In this document: one piece after another, positions 26,601 to 40,100 of the stretch
Layout: each line of letters begins with the position of its first letter
How positions within the stretch are numbered: position 1 is the first letter of the stretch
Assembly: GCF_009834535.1 (NCBI RefSeq)
Contig: NC_045711.1
Span: 40,920,001 to 40,984,000 of the forward strand
Origin: Camelus ferus
Lineage: Eukaryota
Direction of reading: 5' to 3'
Length of the DNA stretch: 64,000 nucleotides
Made by a program: the position numbers and the translations under genes
Notes under the pieces: generated by a model
The model's input: only the letters and a program-made list of their open reading frames with translations
Told to the model about the DNA's origin: nothing
Database searches by the model: none

Positions 26601-29600
26601 CATGTGCCAGACATTAGCTCGAGTATTTTTATATATGTTCTCATTCATTCCTCAACAGTTCCATATGGGAGACTCTCTTATCTTTCTTTTCAGGATGAGG
26701 CACAGAGTGTCACTTTTCTATATCCCATTACTGCTCAGTGACTAGGCTAGAACTCACACTTGGGTCAGGCTTCAAAGCCTGTGTTTGAAACACATTGCCT
26801 GTGTCTCTCCACCTGTGGATGGAGGCTGCTGCTGCATTTGCCACCTGTGTCTTCTGACCTTCAAAACAAGACAAATGGGGAGGTCCCCCTTAGGGAAGCC
26901 TAGATTCAGGGAGATTCCCCTGCCAGTGCCTGTAGTAGACAACAGTGCTTTCTCCACTGCATTTAATGCTCAGACTCAAGTCCAGGGGATCCTGCAGTTA
27001 TTAGGGCTTTCTTGGTCAGGTTACTGTGTCCCATCCGTGGGCAAATTCAGCCAGACCTGGTATCCTTGAATAACAGCTATGGACAGTCAGGGTTCCTGGT
27101 CACAGAGCACTTTCCATTCATTGGATCTCTTCATCTTAGTAATTCTGTGAGGTAGGACAGTAGGTATCATCCCTGTTTATAAATGAGGAATAACTGAGAC
27201 TGAGTAGTCAGATAATAAAGCCACTGATTGAATCCGGATCTCTCTTTTTTCCTAACCACAGATTCCCTGTTCTCTACACTGCCTTATATCTCGATTAATG
27301 ACACCATTGGTACCAGGTATTTAAATAAGTTGGTTACAAAACTGTAGTATCTGTGTTAGTTGCACACTTACAGGAAGATGACACAGAAGAAAGTCCTGTG
27401 TGGGGACTGAGATAAAGTATTGAGGAAAATTTGGCTCTTTTTTAAGGATTGGGCTTAAGTCTGGTATATGAGGTGAGTGATGTTGGATTCCCAGAATGTG
27501 GCCTCTTTCTTGTTCAATATGCTTGTCTCATCCTTGAGATTCTTCCTTAATGTACACCTGTGTCCATCTTCCCTGCCTGCCCCTCCTCTCGCTTTGATTA
27601 TGATTTCTTTATTTGACTACCGTCATCACCGCGGTCAACGTCAGTGGAGGCAGGACAAAGAGAACTAATCAGTATAGGTGTCCATTCCATATTCCTGAGT
27701 GAGAAGCAGAAGCTACCTGCTGCCTCTGCTAGAAAAAACCAACCTGAGAGTCAGTATTGACTTGGAACAAAGGAGCTCTGTTACTCAGCAAGCCACTGTA
27801 CCAGTCTCTCTCACTTGGCCTTCAAGGAGAAAAGCCCATTAGCATGGAGGAAAGCCCAGGGGCAGACCTTCATTCCCTGTCTGAACTGAAACCCAGCAGC
27901 TTGGGACTCCCATTACTCAACTGAGTCCCCGTTGTTCATCAGGTGGTACCTGTACTGATGGCATTTACCAAGTATTTACTGCATGTCTGCTCTGGGTACG
28001 GAAGGCACTGAGCTGGGAGCATCATATGCTTTTTATCAGACACCAAAGTACAAAGGCTGACCAGGGCAGCTTCTAATGGAATTCTGGTGCCTTGAGTTTA
28101 GGGACTATCTCTCAGTGTTCTCAGACTTTTTAGTATCTTCTTGTCCAGGAGAATGTAAAAAGGGTCAGAAAATGGCCCCAATTTGTAGAGACTGAAGGCT
28201 GTTAAGGGTCAGTAGCTTATAAGCAGCAGCAGAACTCAGACTTCGTTCTCCAGGCTTTGACCTTCCTCACCAGCTAGTGCTACCTACCTAGTGGGTGGGA
28301 GAAGACTGCCAGGCCTCTCTGCTTCCCTCCTTCCTCCCTTCAGTTGTCATTGTCACATTTATCCTTCTAAGACCTTCAAATCAGTCATCTTACAAACATT
28401 TCGTTTATAGGTGGAGCAACTATTCTGTACTCAGTAAATAAAGCAGAGCCTTAAATATGTTGGTGTGCCTACTAAGTTCAGGGCATTGTGCCGGTGTTTA
28501 AAAGCACAGACCTTTTCCTTTCTGTACCTTTTTGCTAAGTTCTACCTCAGTGAACGTAGGTCTGAATCTCTCTGCCCCTCCTGGACTTGAGCTTTCTTTT
28601 CCTGCTTCCAAAAGCAGCATTTTCTAAGCAGTTGCTGCCAGCCAACCAGCAATGTCACTAAACAAAGGCAACTGTGCCCTTTTCCTTCTAGCACACTCAC
28701 TAGCCTATTTCTGTTCCAGTTGCTGCCCAGCGACATGACTTTGAATGGGGTCTTTTTGGGGCCAGTCCAGCTGAGGCCACAAGCCAGGCGTTTGGTCAGC
28801 TTAGTCCCCGGTCTGCCTTCTGCAAGGGGAGGAAGTAGGGTGGGAGTCAGCTAGCTGAGCCCAGGCTCCCAGCCAAGCCCCTCCACCCCCACCTTTTTTC
28901 TGCTTTGGGCTATCTGTGTACTTACTCAGCAAGCCTTTATTAAGCACCTTCTGTGTATACTCAGGGGAGACCCTCCCTCAGAGAGAGGGAGAACAGAGCA
29001 GAGACCCCTTGCAGGAGCCTGGCATCCTTAAAGAGCTCTTGTTCTCTGAACCTTTTCCTTTTTGACTGGAAGCACGACATCCGCTGGAGCCCCCTGATGG
29101 GAGGCAACTGGAGATGGGAACAAAGAGACTGTTAGCATTAATGAGGCCCATTGAGCAGTGTTTCCGCAGTCTCCAAAGGAAGGCAGGTTCTTCCTCTTTC
29201 ATTTTGGAAAGTGACAGCGGACAGGGGCCGAATACAGACTATTTTTGGCTCTCAGGACTTAAAGATTCTCTGAATCCTTTCTTCTCAGTTCCCTCCCTGC
29301 TGCCCTGTCATTATTGTCACCCCCTACAAGGAAATAAATAAAGCCTTTTGATCTTCACCAAGGCAGGCAGAGAGTAAGCTGTAAACAAAAGTGAACTTGT
29401 GACATGGGGATGGGGGAGGGATGTTGGCAGCTTATTCCTATGCTCCTGTAAAAGAAGCATCCTGTCTACTGGGCCAGGAGGCCCACCCAGTGGGCACTGT
29501 GCCCCGGCTGCCAAGGCAGAGAGAAAGCTGATGTCTCACCGGCCACTGCAGACTGAAGAATAGTCATTCTGGGTGCCCTCTTCCCCAGGGTGTCATGGGG

Positions 29601-31633
29601 CAGGGGCTGAGTGGCCCTGACAAGCAGCTGTGCTTAGAACCCCCAGGCCGGCATGGGCTGGTAGGAACTTGGAGAGAAGTCTGTATGAGAAGTGGCCAAG
29701 TTCTGGCTTTCTGAGATACGGGATTTTTCAGAGTTGCTCTGCTATTCTGATCTTTAGTGACCTCACTGTAAAATGGGAATCATGATAGTACCTGTCTCCT
29801 AAAGCAGTAGCAAGCCTGTCACTTAGCAAAAAGCCCGGCCCATTATAAGTACTGACTAAATGTTAGCAGTGCTTGTTTTTGTGGGGGGCTGAGGCTGGGT
29901 CTGAATTGGAGACCAGGGAGGACAACTTGGCCCAGCCCTCAGATGGGAAATCTCGAAGGGCTGGTTGGCTTGGCACTGACGAGCTCCCTCTCCTTCTTTN
30001 NNNNNNNNNNNNNNNNNNNNNNNNNNNNNNNNNNNNNNNNNNNNNNNNNNNNNNNNNNNNNNNNNNNNNNNNNNNNNNNNNNNNNNNNNNNNNNNNNNNN
30101 NNNNNNNNNNNNNNNNNNNNNNNNNNNNNNNNNNNNNNNNNNNNNNNNNNNNNNNNNNNNNNNNNNNNNNNNNNNNNNNNNNNNNNNNNNNNNNNNNNNN
30201 NNNNNNNNNNNNNNNNNNNNNNNNNNNNNNNNNNNNNNNNNNNNNNNNNNNNNNNNNNNNNNNNNNNNNNNNNNNNNNNNNNNNNNNNNNNNNNNNNNNN
30301 NNNNNNNNNNNNNNNNNNNNNNNNNNNNNNNNNNNNNNNNNNNNNNNNNNNNNNNNNNNNNNNNNNNNNNNNNNNNNNNNNNNNNNNNNNNNNNNNNNNN
30401 NNNNNNNNNNNNNNNNNNNNNNNNNNNNNNNNNNNNNNNNNNNNNNNNNNNNNNNNNNNNNNNNNNNNNNNNNNNNNNNNNNNNNNNNNNNNNNNNNNNN
30501 NNNNNNNNNNNNNNNNNNNNNNNNNNNNNNNNNNNNNNNNNNNNNNNNNNNNNNNNNNNNNNNNNNNNNNNNNNNNNNNNNNNNNNNNNNNNNNNGGTCT
30601 CCAGCACCCCCCCAACCCCTTGCTGCATGGAGGCCGGAAGATGCCAGACTCAGATGCCCCCCCGAACGTGACCGTGTCTACCTCAACTATCCCCCTTTCG
30701 ATGGCGGCCACCCTGCAGCACAGCCAGCCCCCGGANNNNNNNNNNNNNNNNNNNNNNNNNNNNNNNNNNNNNNNNNNNNNNNNNNNNNNNNNNNNNNNNN
30801 NNNNNNNNNNNNNNNNNNNNNNNNNNNNNNNNNNNNNNNNNNNNNNNNNNNNNNNNNNNNNNNNNNNNNNNNNNNCGACCCACAGCATCCCCACACCGAT
30901 GCCTTCCTGTGTGGTCAATCCCATGGAGCACACCCATGCGGCCACAGCCGCACTGCCCGCTGCAGGCCCTGTCAACCTGCCCACGGGCATCTCTCGAGCC
31001 CCTACTGGCTACCCTAGGGACCTCAAGCCAGTCGCCTGGAACCAGCACCAGCTGGCCCACCTGCAACAGATGTGCAGTGAGGCCGGTNNNNNNNNNNNNN
31101 NNNNNNNNNNNNNNNNNNNNNNNNNNNNNNNNNNNNNNNNNNNNNNNNNNNNNNNNNNNNNNNNNNNNNNNNNNNNNNNNNNNNNNNNNNNNNNNNNNNN
31201 NNNNNNNNNNNNNNNNNNNNNNNNNNNNNNNNNNNCATCCCCACCTGTCAACGGCCTGGCAGCCCCATTGGCCTACCCCAATGGTCACTACTTCCAACCC
31301 CTGTGGAACAACATTCTGCCCACTCCCAATAGCGACAGCTCGGGGTCTCAGGACCTTGCCGTGCCGTTCCACGGTGGGCAGCCTGCGGGCGCACCCCTCG
31401 ACTGTGCGGCGGCTGCTGGGGCCCACTACCGGGCAGGGACCGGGGGCGGTCCAGTGGCGAGCCAGAACAGCTTGATGCAAACGGTGGATTACCTAAGTGG
31501 GGATTTCCAGCAGGCCTGCTTCCGAGAACAGAGCCTGGCCATGCTGAGCAAGGCCCACCGAGCCCCTGGCAACCGAGTCCCTGACCCCACAGATAGTCGG
31601 AGTCTTCATATTCAGCACCCTGGGTATAGATAG
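23666..31633 (+). CDS. FAM222B: FAM222B (C17orf63 orthologue), 2 coding exons, partly N-masked
   Basis: First coding exon 23626-23747: ATG 23666, MLACLPGPGDLSFQLLSHTQMNAGLQK, donor T|GTAAGT. Last exon starts under Ns at about 30003-30027 (branch-like CACTGAC and pyrimidine tract before 30000) and ends at TAG 31633. Visible parts GLQHPPNPLLHGGRKMPDSDAPPNVTVSTS...SRSLHIQHPGYR match FAM222B as I remember it. Confidence 0.95.
24612..24811 (+). mobile_element. MER58A-like hAT-Charlie MITE
   Basis: Starts CAGAGGTTGGCAAACTTTTTCTGTAAAGGG and ends AGTTTGCTGCCTCTG: imperfect terminal inverted repeats, about 200 bp. Confidence 0.8.
26570..26765 (-). mobile_element. MIR SINE fragment
   Basis: ACATTTATTGAGTGCTTACCATGTGCCAGAC...TCATTCCTCAACAG...GATGAGG. 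Confidence 0.65.
27105..27260 (-). mobile_element. MIR SINE fragment
   Basis: CTGTGAGGTAGG...TATCATCCCTGTTTATAAATGAGGAAA.ACTGAGAC. Confidence 0.6.
29700..29870 (+). mobile_element. MIR SINE fragment
   Basis: CCTCACTGTAAAATGGGAATCATGATAGTACCT...AAGTACTGACTAAATGTTAGC. Confidence 0.6.
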
Positions 31634-33903
31634 GTAGGCCCAGTGCCCTCCACAAGCTACACGTCATACATCACCCTTCTAGGTTTAGTCTTTTGAGTAA
31701 TTGGATAGTTTGCAAGTTTTACTGCTCCAATGTGATCATTCTTGGATGTCTAAGAAAGGGAATTTGGTGGGATCTAATTGAGCACAGAAGGGGGATCCTC
31801 TGTGCCCGCATCCTCTTCTCTGCCAGCCCCAGCAACTTGTGGGTTGATGCTGGAGCCTAATCCCAACCCCAGACTTCTCCCCTGATGCCTGTGTATCAGT
31901 CAAGTCCCTCCCCCTCTGTCATTTTTCACCAGCCTATGTCAATTGCTGTCCTTCTGTTTCCCTTAGGACTGAGGTGTGAGCTAAGGGAAGGGCCCTAGGT
32001 GAGGTAGCTGTAGGTCCCCAGCCACCCAAGCTAGGCCTCTCTCTGTCTCTCTGTCTCCTTTTCTCTGGATTTTCTCTGGACTAAGAAGCCAGACAGCCCT
32101 GGAAGCTAATTCCGTATTTACCCAAAGACCTCAAATTAAAACTGACCTAGTCTTCATCTCCTCCCAGTCCCTCTCCATTCTTCAAGGCTTTGTTGTATAT
32201 CTGCATTGATCCCAGAACCACTGCAACTGTCCTGGCAACAGCCTTGAGACAGGAGGGGGAAAAACCTGTCTTTGTATTGCTATCTCAGTTCCTGACTCCC
32301 CTTCCATCCCTAGAGAATTCTGTGACTGTCCAGCATACCCAAGATCTTTCTCACTGTTGTCTCTCCCCTAACACCTGCTGCCCTCATCCCCCATCCCCCC
32401 CACCTCTCCCCCAAAAGCAAAACAAAACAAAAATCTTCCTTGAGGAATTAGGTAGTAGGGAAGGGATGATCACATTGGAGTTTGGAATTAAAAACACTGA
32501 AAAAAAAAAGTTAAAATGCATTTGGTTCTCTCTACACTGGCTTAAGAATATTGCTCTACACTGTTTAACACGTCCTGTTTCTGTATGAATATAGTGTGGG
32601 TTTGAGTAGCATTGTGTGTGAGCGGCGTCCCACAGGTGCATTCACCCTCTAGTCACCTTTCTCAGCCCCTCAGTTTAATGAAGAAAGAAAGGAAAAAAAA
32701 AAAAACACAAAGCCTTAAGCTCTTTGAAATTTTCCCTTACCAAATGAGCATGGTTCTAACAGCTGGAGATGGGCCTCTATGGGAAACAGCCCCTCCTGCC
32801 CCTCGCCTGTTCTTCACCCATCCACTCTGTGCTAAACGCGTCTCGTTCCCAGGCGACAGTCAGTTGGCTAGAAATTTAAAGCTTTTCTGTAACTTAGATT
32901 ATGTTTTGTTGTAATGTTTTGCACCCTTCTGTTAAAGATGCATAGTTGGGTTTTTTTGTTTTTGTTTTTGTTTGTTTTTAAACCAAATAAGCCCTACCCT
33001 TTCCTCTTGTCTCGGGAATGTGAGCTAATGTTCTTATTTAAGATTTTGGGTTTTGTTTACTATACTATCCACTGTTCTTTAGCCAGAACTTCTCTAGTGA
33101 TCTGAAGCAATGTGACTGAAGACCATTTTTTAAATTATGTGTTGGCGAGATGCCNNNNNNNNNNNNNNNNNNNNNNNNNNNNNNNNNNNNNNNNNNNNNN
33201 NNNNNNNNNNNNNNNNNNNNNNNNNNNNNNNNNNNNNNNNNNNNNNNNNNNNNNNNNNNNNNNNNNNNNNNNNNNNNNNNNNNNNNNNNNNNNNNNNNNN
33301 NNNCCAGGAGCACCTGTAGCTCCTGGTGTGATGCCTTCTCCCAGTGTGTTGGCCATCTCACCCCAGGCCCCCTTCCTGTTCTCACTTCTCTTGCGTTAAA
33401 CTGAAAGAACCCATTGTCTCCCCTTATCCCTCGCTTGATCTCCAAGCCAGATATTTTTGCTGTAATTTTTTCCAATGCCTCTCCCCAAAAGGTGAGCTGC
33501 CATTTTAGGAAATTGGACCAGACACCAACTTGGGGGCTTAAAATCAAACCTCAAACCCATCTCTTCCTGTGTAGGGGTGCAAGTCTCTGAAGCGCTCACT
33601 CTCACCCCTAGTCTGCATGGAAAATGTACTGTGACTCCTACCCCCACCCCCCAACTGCCCTTGCCTTTGGTGTGAGATGTTTCCTAGTTCACCCTGAGCC
33701 CCTCTCTCCCTCTGCCAGCCAACCCCAACCAGCAATAAGGGGCCAAGCCAGGGCCTCCTAGCCACACTCCCTGCCTCCACCCCACACTGCCCTAGAAAAT
33801 ACCTGGATTCCCCCGCTGCCCACATACTGTAGCATTCATTCTCCATCTCCCTCCTCATCTCACCTGTGGTGGTTTATGGGCGTGATGGGGTTTTTAAGAT
33901 TAT

Positions 33904-33917
33904 CATAAACCAGTAAA
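33904..33917 (+). terminator. probable FAM222B poly(A) signal (variant CATAAA/AGTAAA)
   Basis: CATAAA 33904-33909 and AGTAAA 33912-33917, followed by U/GU-rich sequence about 2.3 kb after the stop. Confidence 0.5.
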
Positions 33918-35875
33918 AAGAAAAAACTCACCTTTTGATCTTGTCCTATTCGTTTAATGCTGTCAGTGTTTGAGGTGGTTTTTCTTAGCATGTCGTTTAC
34001 TAGAAGGAAAGTAATTTCTCATTTTTAAGGGGACTCCTGTAGTATTTGTCCCACTCAGAAGCCCTCCCAATCCATCATCCCAGACCAGGCACTGATTGTA
34101 AGGCATGGAGTTCACAGTTCAGCCAGCCCCTGGCGGGGAGGGGGTGGGTACCCAGCTGACTGGCCTGCTCCCTAGGCAGGGCTGCCAGGGGTTTGGTGGG
34201 ATCTGATGAGTAAGTACAATTTGCTGCCCTTCCCTGGAGGTCCAGTTCAATGTACTGCTGCTTTCACTCCAAGGAAGATCAGTCATTGAAACGTGGGGAC
34301 CTGGTTTGCTGATAAGCCAGCTAACGCTAAACATCCTTATTGTCTTTCTCCCACCTTGAATGTTTTGGAATTTCTGAGTGTCTGACAGAGGTGGAAGTAA
34401 TAGGTGCTGTAACACACAGTGGCCCTACTGGTGATTTGAGTCTTAAGGGTTGAGTATTGCGTGGAGAACTTTTTTTGTCTGTGGTGGGGGAGGGGGGACC
34501 CAAAAGAGCCATTTAGATTCCCCACCCCCTCCCTTTTCCACTGAACTTGGGTCTGGGCTAAGATGTGAGGAAGGGCAGGAGAGACTCCACCGGATGCGTA
34601 GGATTCAGTGAGGGTGGAATCAGATGGTTAGTAGCAGGAGTTAGGTGGCTCTCAATACTGATGGAGCTGAAAGGGCCCTGAGCACGCCCTTTTCTCTGGG
34701 GTGCCCTTTTCTGAAGGTGCTTTGCCCTCTTTACTCCTCATGCCTTTCCTGTGAAAGAAAGCCCCCTTCTGCTTGTGTCAGGTGAGGCCTCAATCAGCCT
34801 AGGGTCATGCAGCTAGACAGAGTTGAAGGTGAATTGAGCCCAGCCCACACTGTGATGCGCAATCTGGCTTGAGTTCCACAAGCAATTATGATCACCTGCA
34901 ACGGCACTGGAATGAGGGTTAGGCCTCGTCATGGGGTGGACTGCAACATCCACTGTTGCACGCACTGGGGGAAGCACCAACCTATGGGAACGTACCGCCT
35001 GGAACAATGCAGTGGCACAGTCCTGCCAGCAGAGGGAGCCCAAGCTTGACCCCAGGTGTCTGGCTTCTCTTGGACGCAAAAGTGTTTCAGCCTGTTGCCT
35101 TAGAAGCCTGTGCTTAAGTGAAGACATTTCCTCTACTAGAGCCCCTGGTCTTCTCTACCAGCTTCCAGGCATCACTGCACCAAGATGGTTTAGCTGGTAA
35201 AAGGGTCACCATTACTTTTTCAGCAAGGCAACCAGGGCTTCATCTCCTAAATCAGTGAATTTGATCTTTTGAAGGCTAACCTGCTGGGCTGCCTGCCTCA
35301 GGCTTAAACCCTTCCTGTCATCTTCTGATAAGGGCTCTTTTTACCTAAGACTCTGTCTGGGAAAGTAAAGAAGGCAAGCTATAGTCCTTGAATCTTCCCC
35401 TTACTAAACAACGGTTCTCATACATTGAGCCTCTCCTCAGAGCCAGGCAAGAATAAGGCACTTTATACTGATGAGTTAATCTTTCCAAACCTAGATGAGC
35501 AGGATTACTCTTATTTTACCAGTGAGAGTAAGGATGCCCCGTGTAGCTAAGTAACTTGTCAAAAAGCAAGCCCAGCAAGGATCCAAACCCAAATCTATTG
35601 CCAAAATTAAAGGAAGCTGTATTTCTAGAATTGCTGGAGCTTAAAACAGAATCCAGGCCCTGCTTCAAACTAGCTGACTAAAGTCAGTTCACTCCTCTGT
35701 TCCTATGTCATCAGCCAAATGTGGATAATCACAGCACCCACTGAGGCCGATATGAAAAGCAGGTAAGTATGGATGAGAAAATCCAAGTGACCTGTACACC
35801 TCAAAGGCCTTTTGTTCAGTTTGGGAGTCCGAGTGTGGGCTGGGCTTTGGAATTTGATTTACATTGAAACATTCA

Positions 35876-36186
35876 CAGTCTTCCCTCTGGTATCCATGGG
35901 GAATTGGTTCAGGGATTCCCAGTGTATACCAAAATCCAAATATGCTCAAATCTCCAATATAAAACGGCACAGTATTTGGGTATAACCTACACACATCCTC
36001 TGGCACACTTTAAACCATCTCTAGATTACTTATAATACCCAATACAATGTAATACTACGTAAATTTGCCCATGAGTGGCCAATAATAATTTTTGCTTTTT
36101 GTAACATTGTGGAACTTTCCCCAAGTACTTCCACTGTACTGTTGGTTGACTCTGAAACTGAAACCCACAAATAGGAACAGTCAACT
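35876..36186 (+). mobile_element. MER2-like TcMar-Tigger element
   Basis: CAGTCTTCCCTCTGGTATCCATGGGGAATTGGTTC...ATACCAAAATCC...TTTAAACCATCTCTAGATTACTTATAATACC matches the MER2 pattern. Confidence 0.8.
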
Positions 36187-36259
36187 ATCTTTTGTTGGCA
36201 ACATGCATTGTCTCATTAAATCTTCACCACAGCCCACTTAGATAGCTTTTATTAAAAGC

Positions 36260-36355
36260 TGTACCATTTGACTGTTGTGGTAAATGAAATAATGCATGTA
36301 AAGTGCTTAGCAGTGTCTGCCACATAAAATTACTCAATAAATGGTACTTACTATC
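36260..36355 (+). mobile_element. MIR 3' fragment
   Basis: AAATGAAATAATGCATGTAAAGTGCTTAGCAGTGTCTGCCACATA...CTCAATAAATGG. Confidence 0.7.
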
Positions 36356-36680
36356 ATTAGACCAAGAGAGACCTGACTACAACACAGGTAGTCAGTCCTT
36401 AGTGGGGTATGGATCAGGGCCTCTTAACTTTACAAAATGTCCAAAGCCGGAACCTCCCCATCTAACCACCAGAGGGCAGCAGCAGGCAACTGTTCCAAAG
36501 CCTAGTGCAGTCCCTCCGTTCTCCACCAGAGGGAGATTCTAGCACAGCAGCTGGATTCTGGGGCCAAGAGGGTTGCAGCCCCTCTGGTCCTTTTAACCTC
36601 ACCGTTGGGCCCAGCCTGCCAGGACCCTAACCAACCCAGATGAGTCAGGCTGGAACCAAGTTAATAAATACAATTCAGGA

Positions 36681-36686
36681 TTTATT
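36681..36686 (-). terminator. TRAF4 poly(A) signal AATAAA
   Basis: TTTATT on + strand about 480 nt downstream of the TRAF4 stop. Confidence 0.7.
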
Positions 36687-37163
36687 AAAAACCAGGGCTC
36701 CCCTGCTGTGCCCTCCTGGCACTAAGTAAATAAATAACCAGAGGGAACACAGCTGGGGAAAGGGGAAGAGAAATCAGATCTCAAGACAGATACTTTTAAC
36801 TGCCCCTCAGTTTCCCAACTCCCCCTCCCCCCTATGGCTCTTGGGACATAGCACCAGCAGGCACCTCAGTCCGGGGTAGAGTGTGGCCCGCACCAAGGCA
36901 TGTCCGCCCTGTCCAGGAGACAGGCCCTGGGATCACTTATTTCCAAGCCCTTGATGACCCTAAGACCTGCTTTCCTCAGAGGCCAGGGCTGAAGCACCAA
37001 TAGGAGGCACCTGAGGGTGGTAGAGGAGGAGGGAGGGGGAACAGGGTAACAGAACCCAGGCAGCAGAAGCAGCTGTAAGGGGGTCCGGCCCCCTCTTCAG
37101 GTTCAGCCAGTGCCTGATGGAGGTCATGTTCCATCCCCCTTTCTCCTGCAGCCCCATCTGCAT

Positions 37164-40100
37164 TCAGCTCAGGATCTTTCGGGGCAATTCAACAGAGGCA
37201 CGGATGAAGACTGCATCATCCCGCACATAGTTTCGCTTGCGGATATCCTGGTGGGAGATAAACTTGGGGTAGCCAAAGCCCAGAGAACTCTCATCCAGGG
37301 AGCCCCGCCAAGTGCCTGGTTTTTGGAAATTCTTCCAGTTTGGGTCAGGGTGAAAGGTCTCAGTGACATGCTGTGGCTTAGCCAGCCCAGGGTCGCTCTG
37401 ATCCAGCAGGGAGAAGGTGACGCGGCGAGCAAAGGGCCACTCGAGGAGATTGTCAAAGGCACCTGGCAGCACGCGAATGTAGAGTGAGAGATGTGTGCCC
37501 TCACCACTGCCATTGCCATTGAGAAAGGCAGACACCTGCAGCTTGTAGCCATACTTATGTGTGTAGAAGGCAGGGCTGAAGCACTCGAGGTTGGGCTTGG
37601 CTTTGGCCTCCTGGAGCCGTCGCCCGTAACTGCCAATCTTCCAGATGAGTACGCCATCACTGCCCACCGACAGCTCCTCCAACTCTCTTCGCAGCTCCTG
37701 CAGCTCCTGCCGTTGCCGGCTCACCAGGGCACACATCATGGCCAGATGTGGCTTCACGCTCTCCTCCACGTGCCGCGCCATTGCCAGCTTAGGGCACTGT
37801 TGGCAAAGCCCCGGGCCATGGGGGAAGGGAGGAGAGCTATCAGTAGGGGCAAGTCCAGAGGACAGGAGAGGAGTGGGTACAGGGTGGCCAGCACCCAGCT
37901 CTACATGAGGAAGACAGATGGCACTAGGAGGAGGCTGGAGCTGGCCAGAAAGGGGAAGGACGGAAGGCTTCAGACCAGCAGAGAAGGGACCATTAAGGGC
38001 CTCTGTCCGAGGCTTCAAGGACCAAGAAGGGAGCTGACAGGAAGAGGGGCATCTCACCCTGTGCTTGCAGCCAGAGTCCTTGAATGGGCACAGCACCAGG
38101 GCAGTGCTACAGCTGTCCTTCAGATGGCCCGGCAGGTCCTCCCGAGCGATGGTGCCCACGCCACACTGGTTGGGACAGGGCACAGGCAGCCTGGGGCACT
38201 GGTACTGGTGGCTCTGGGGTGGCAGGGCAGAGAGAAGCAGTTAGCAGCCCAACTCCCTGCTACCTGCCCCATCGCCCCCAGCTCAGGAAGGGCCTCACCT
38301 GGATGGTGTCAAAGACAAACTCCTTGGTGCAGTAGGCGCAAGGCTGGGTGCGCTTGGGGCACTCAGAAGTGGCATGCTGAGCCAGCAGCCGCCGCATCAT
38401 GCGGGCACCACACTTGTTCTCACAGTACACACTCTCTTGGGGGCACACGCCCTCGTGGCTCTGTGGAAATGCCAGATGGGCTGAGTTTAGGGATCCGTGG
38501 GCCACCAGGTACCCCACTCTCCCTCTACTGTCAGCCAGGCCCCACCCACCTCAAAGGCCTCCCCACTGAAGTCACAGCCACAAAACTCGCACTTGAGGCG
38601 CCGCTTGGGGCAGTCGTGCTGCAGGTGTGCAGGCAGATCCCGGCGGCTCAGCTTGGCAGGGCAGCGGTTGGGGCAGGGGACCACATTGAAGCTGCAGGTA
38701 TTCAGGTGGCCCTGGTGGGAGAGATGGCAGTTAGTGCCTGCCAAGAGAGGGAAGTGCCCCCTGCCCGCCCCCATCAGAGCCTCACCTGTAGGTGCCGAAG
38801 GGGCCCACTCCAGCGGCAGCCCTCCTCACTGTGGATACAGCGGATAGGCAGGCCCAGTACCTGGACCTCTAGCTCTGGGTCTGGGTAGATCTGTGGGCAA
38901 GAAAGGAATGGTCAGGGTCAGAGCCCGCTACAGTCCCTGGTTCCCACCTCCTCCACCCCCAGACAGGGTAGCTCTACCTTAGAGCCAGTAACAGCCTCTC
39001 TTGGGCTAAATGCCTCTCTATGCCCAGGAACAAAGGGCACAGCTGGTAGTATCTGCTCCAACACTAGATTCCAGGGTCCCCCAACATGCTGGCACATGAC
39101 ACTCCCTTTGGAGTGGCAGCCAATCAGCCTGCTTAGTCTAGGCAGCCCCCACACCCTCTGCTTCCTTCCCCCTGGGAGAGGGGTCCTGGCCCTCAGCCAC
39201 AGGTCTGGCCAGCCACCCGAAGAGGAGGGGAACACTTCTTGTGGGCACAGAGCAGCTCTGTGCACCCCCACAGGCTGGGCATTGTGCCTGCCCTCCAGGG
39301 CAAACACAGGCCTCATTTGCAAACTGGCGTGGTGGGAGGGAACAGGCCACCTTTGTGGGGGCACACGATTTCACAGCACTGGGTTGACACTGGCCCTGAG
39401 CCCACTGACTGCCAGCAGCTGCAGCCTCCACCAAGGGCAAGAGCCTGTACCTGGCACTGTGGACTCACCTTGGCATAGTCCAGAGGAAGCTGGTCCTCAG
39501 GGCACTTGAAGACTCCTTCACTGCGGGGGGTTAGGGGGGAGAGACAGGGTCAAGGCTCCACACTATGGGAAGGGAGAGCCCCAGGCCTGACTCTCTCAAC
39601 CAGGGCAGCCTCCTTCCCTCACCAGACCAGTTCCCAGGCAGCCTCACCTGAGAGGGTAAGCAGAGGCCTGAGGGTACCCACTTCTCCAGGACCCCAGAAG
39701 ATCCCAGGTCTTGTCCTGGGGAGGGGTGGTTCTGGAGGCCAAGGCAGCTGCCTTAGACAGCATTTGGCCAACAGGTGGCAGCTGGCACCCCTCCTCCCAG
39801 GGTGGCAGCTGGACTAGGAAAGGAACAGGCTGCCCAGCCAACCCCTCCCCTGGGTTAGTTTTCATTGGTCAGGCTGAAAGCTGATTTGGGGGGGGGGGGT
39901 GGCTGGTGATCAGGGATGAACTGAGATTAAGTGCCAGGGCTGCCCAGCCCCATGAGGGTGCCCAGCAAAGAACCCAGGGCAAAGGTCAGCTTGGAGCCAC
40001 CCTACCCAATCCCTTCCCTCTTCCTATGAGGGTGTGTCTCCTAAAGCAAAGAGGAGGAAAGGTACTGTGTTTATGTTCCCACCCAGTTCTCATCACCTGC

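Noticed and set aside
34-29514. Dozens of 60-170 aa ORFs in the FAM222B promoter and introns
   Set aside because: No recognisable domains, often non-ATG starts, and many overlap repeats. Consistent with chance.
31499-31508. NF-kB-like GGGGATTTCC in the FAM222B coding exon
   Set aside because: Explained by the S-G-D-F codons, and far from any promoter.
29863-33547. Long ORFs in other frames spanning N runs
   Set aside because: Open only because Ns hide stop codons.
37491-38888. 465-aa plus-strand ORF antisense to TRAF4
   Set aside because: Shadow of GC-rich coding exons and short introns; no independent features.
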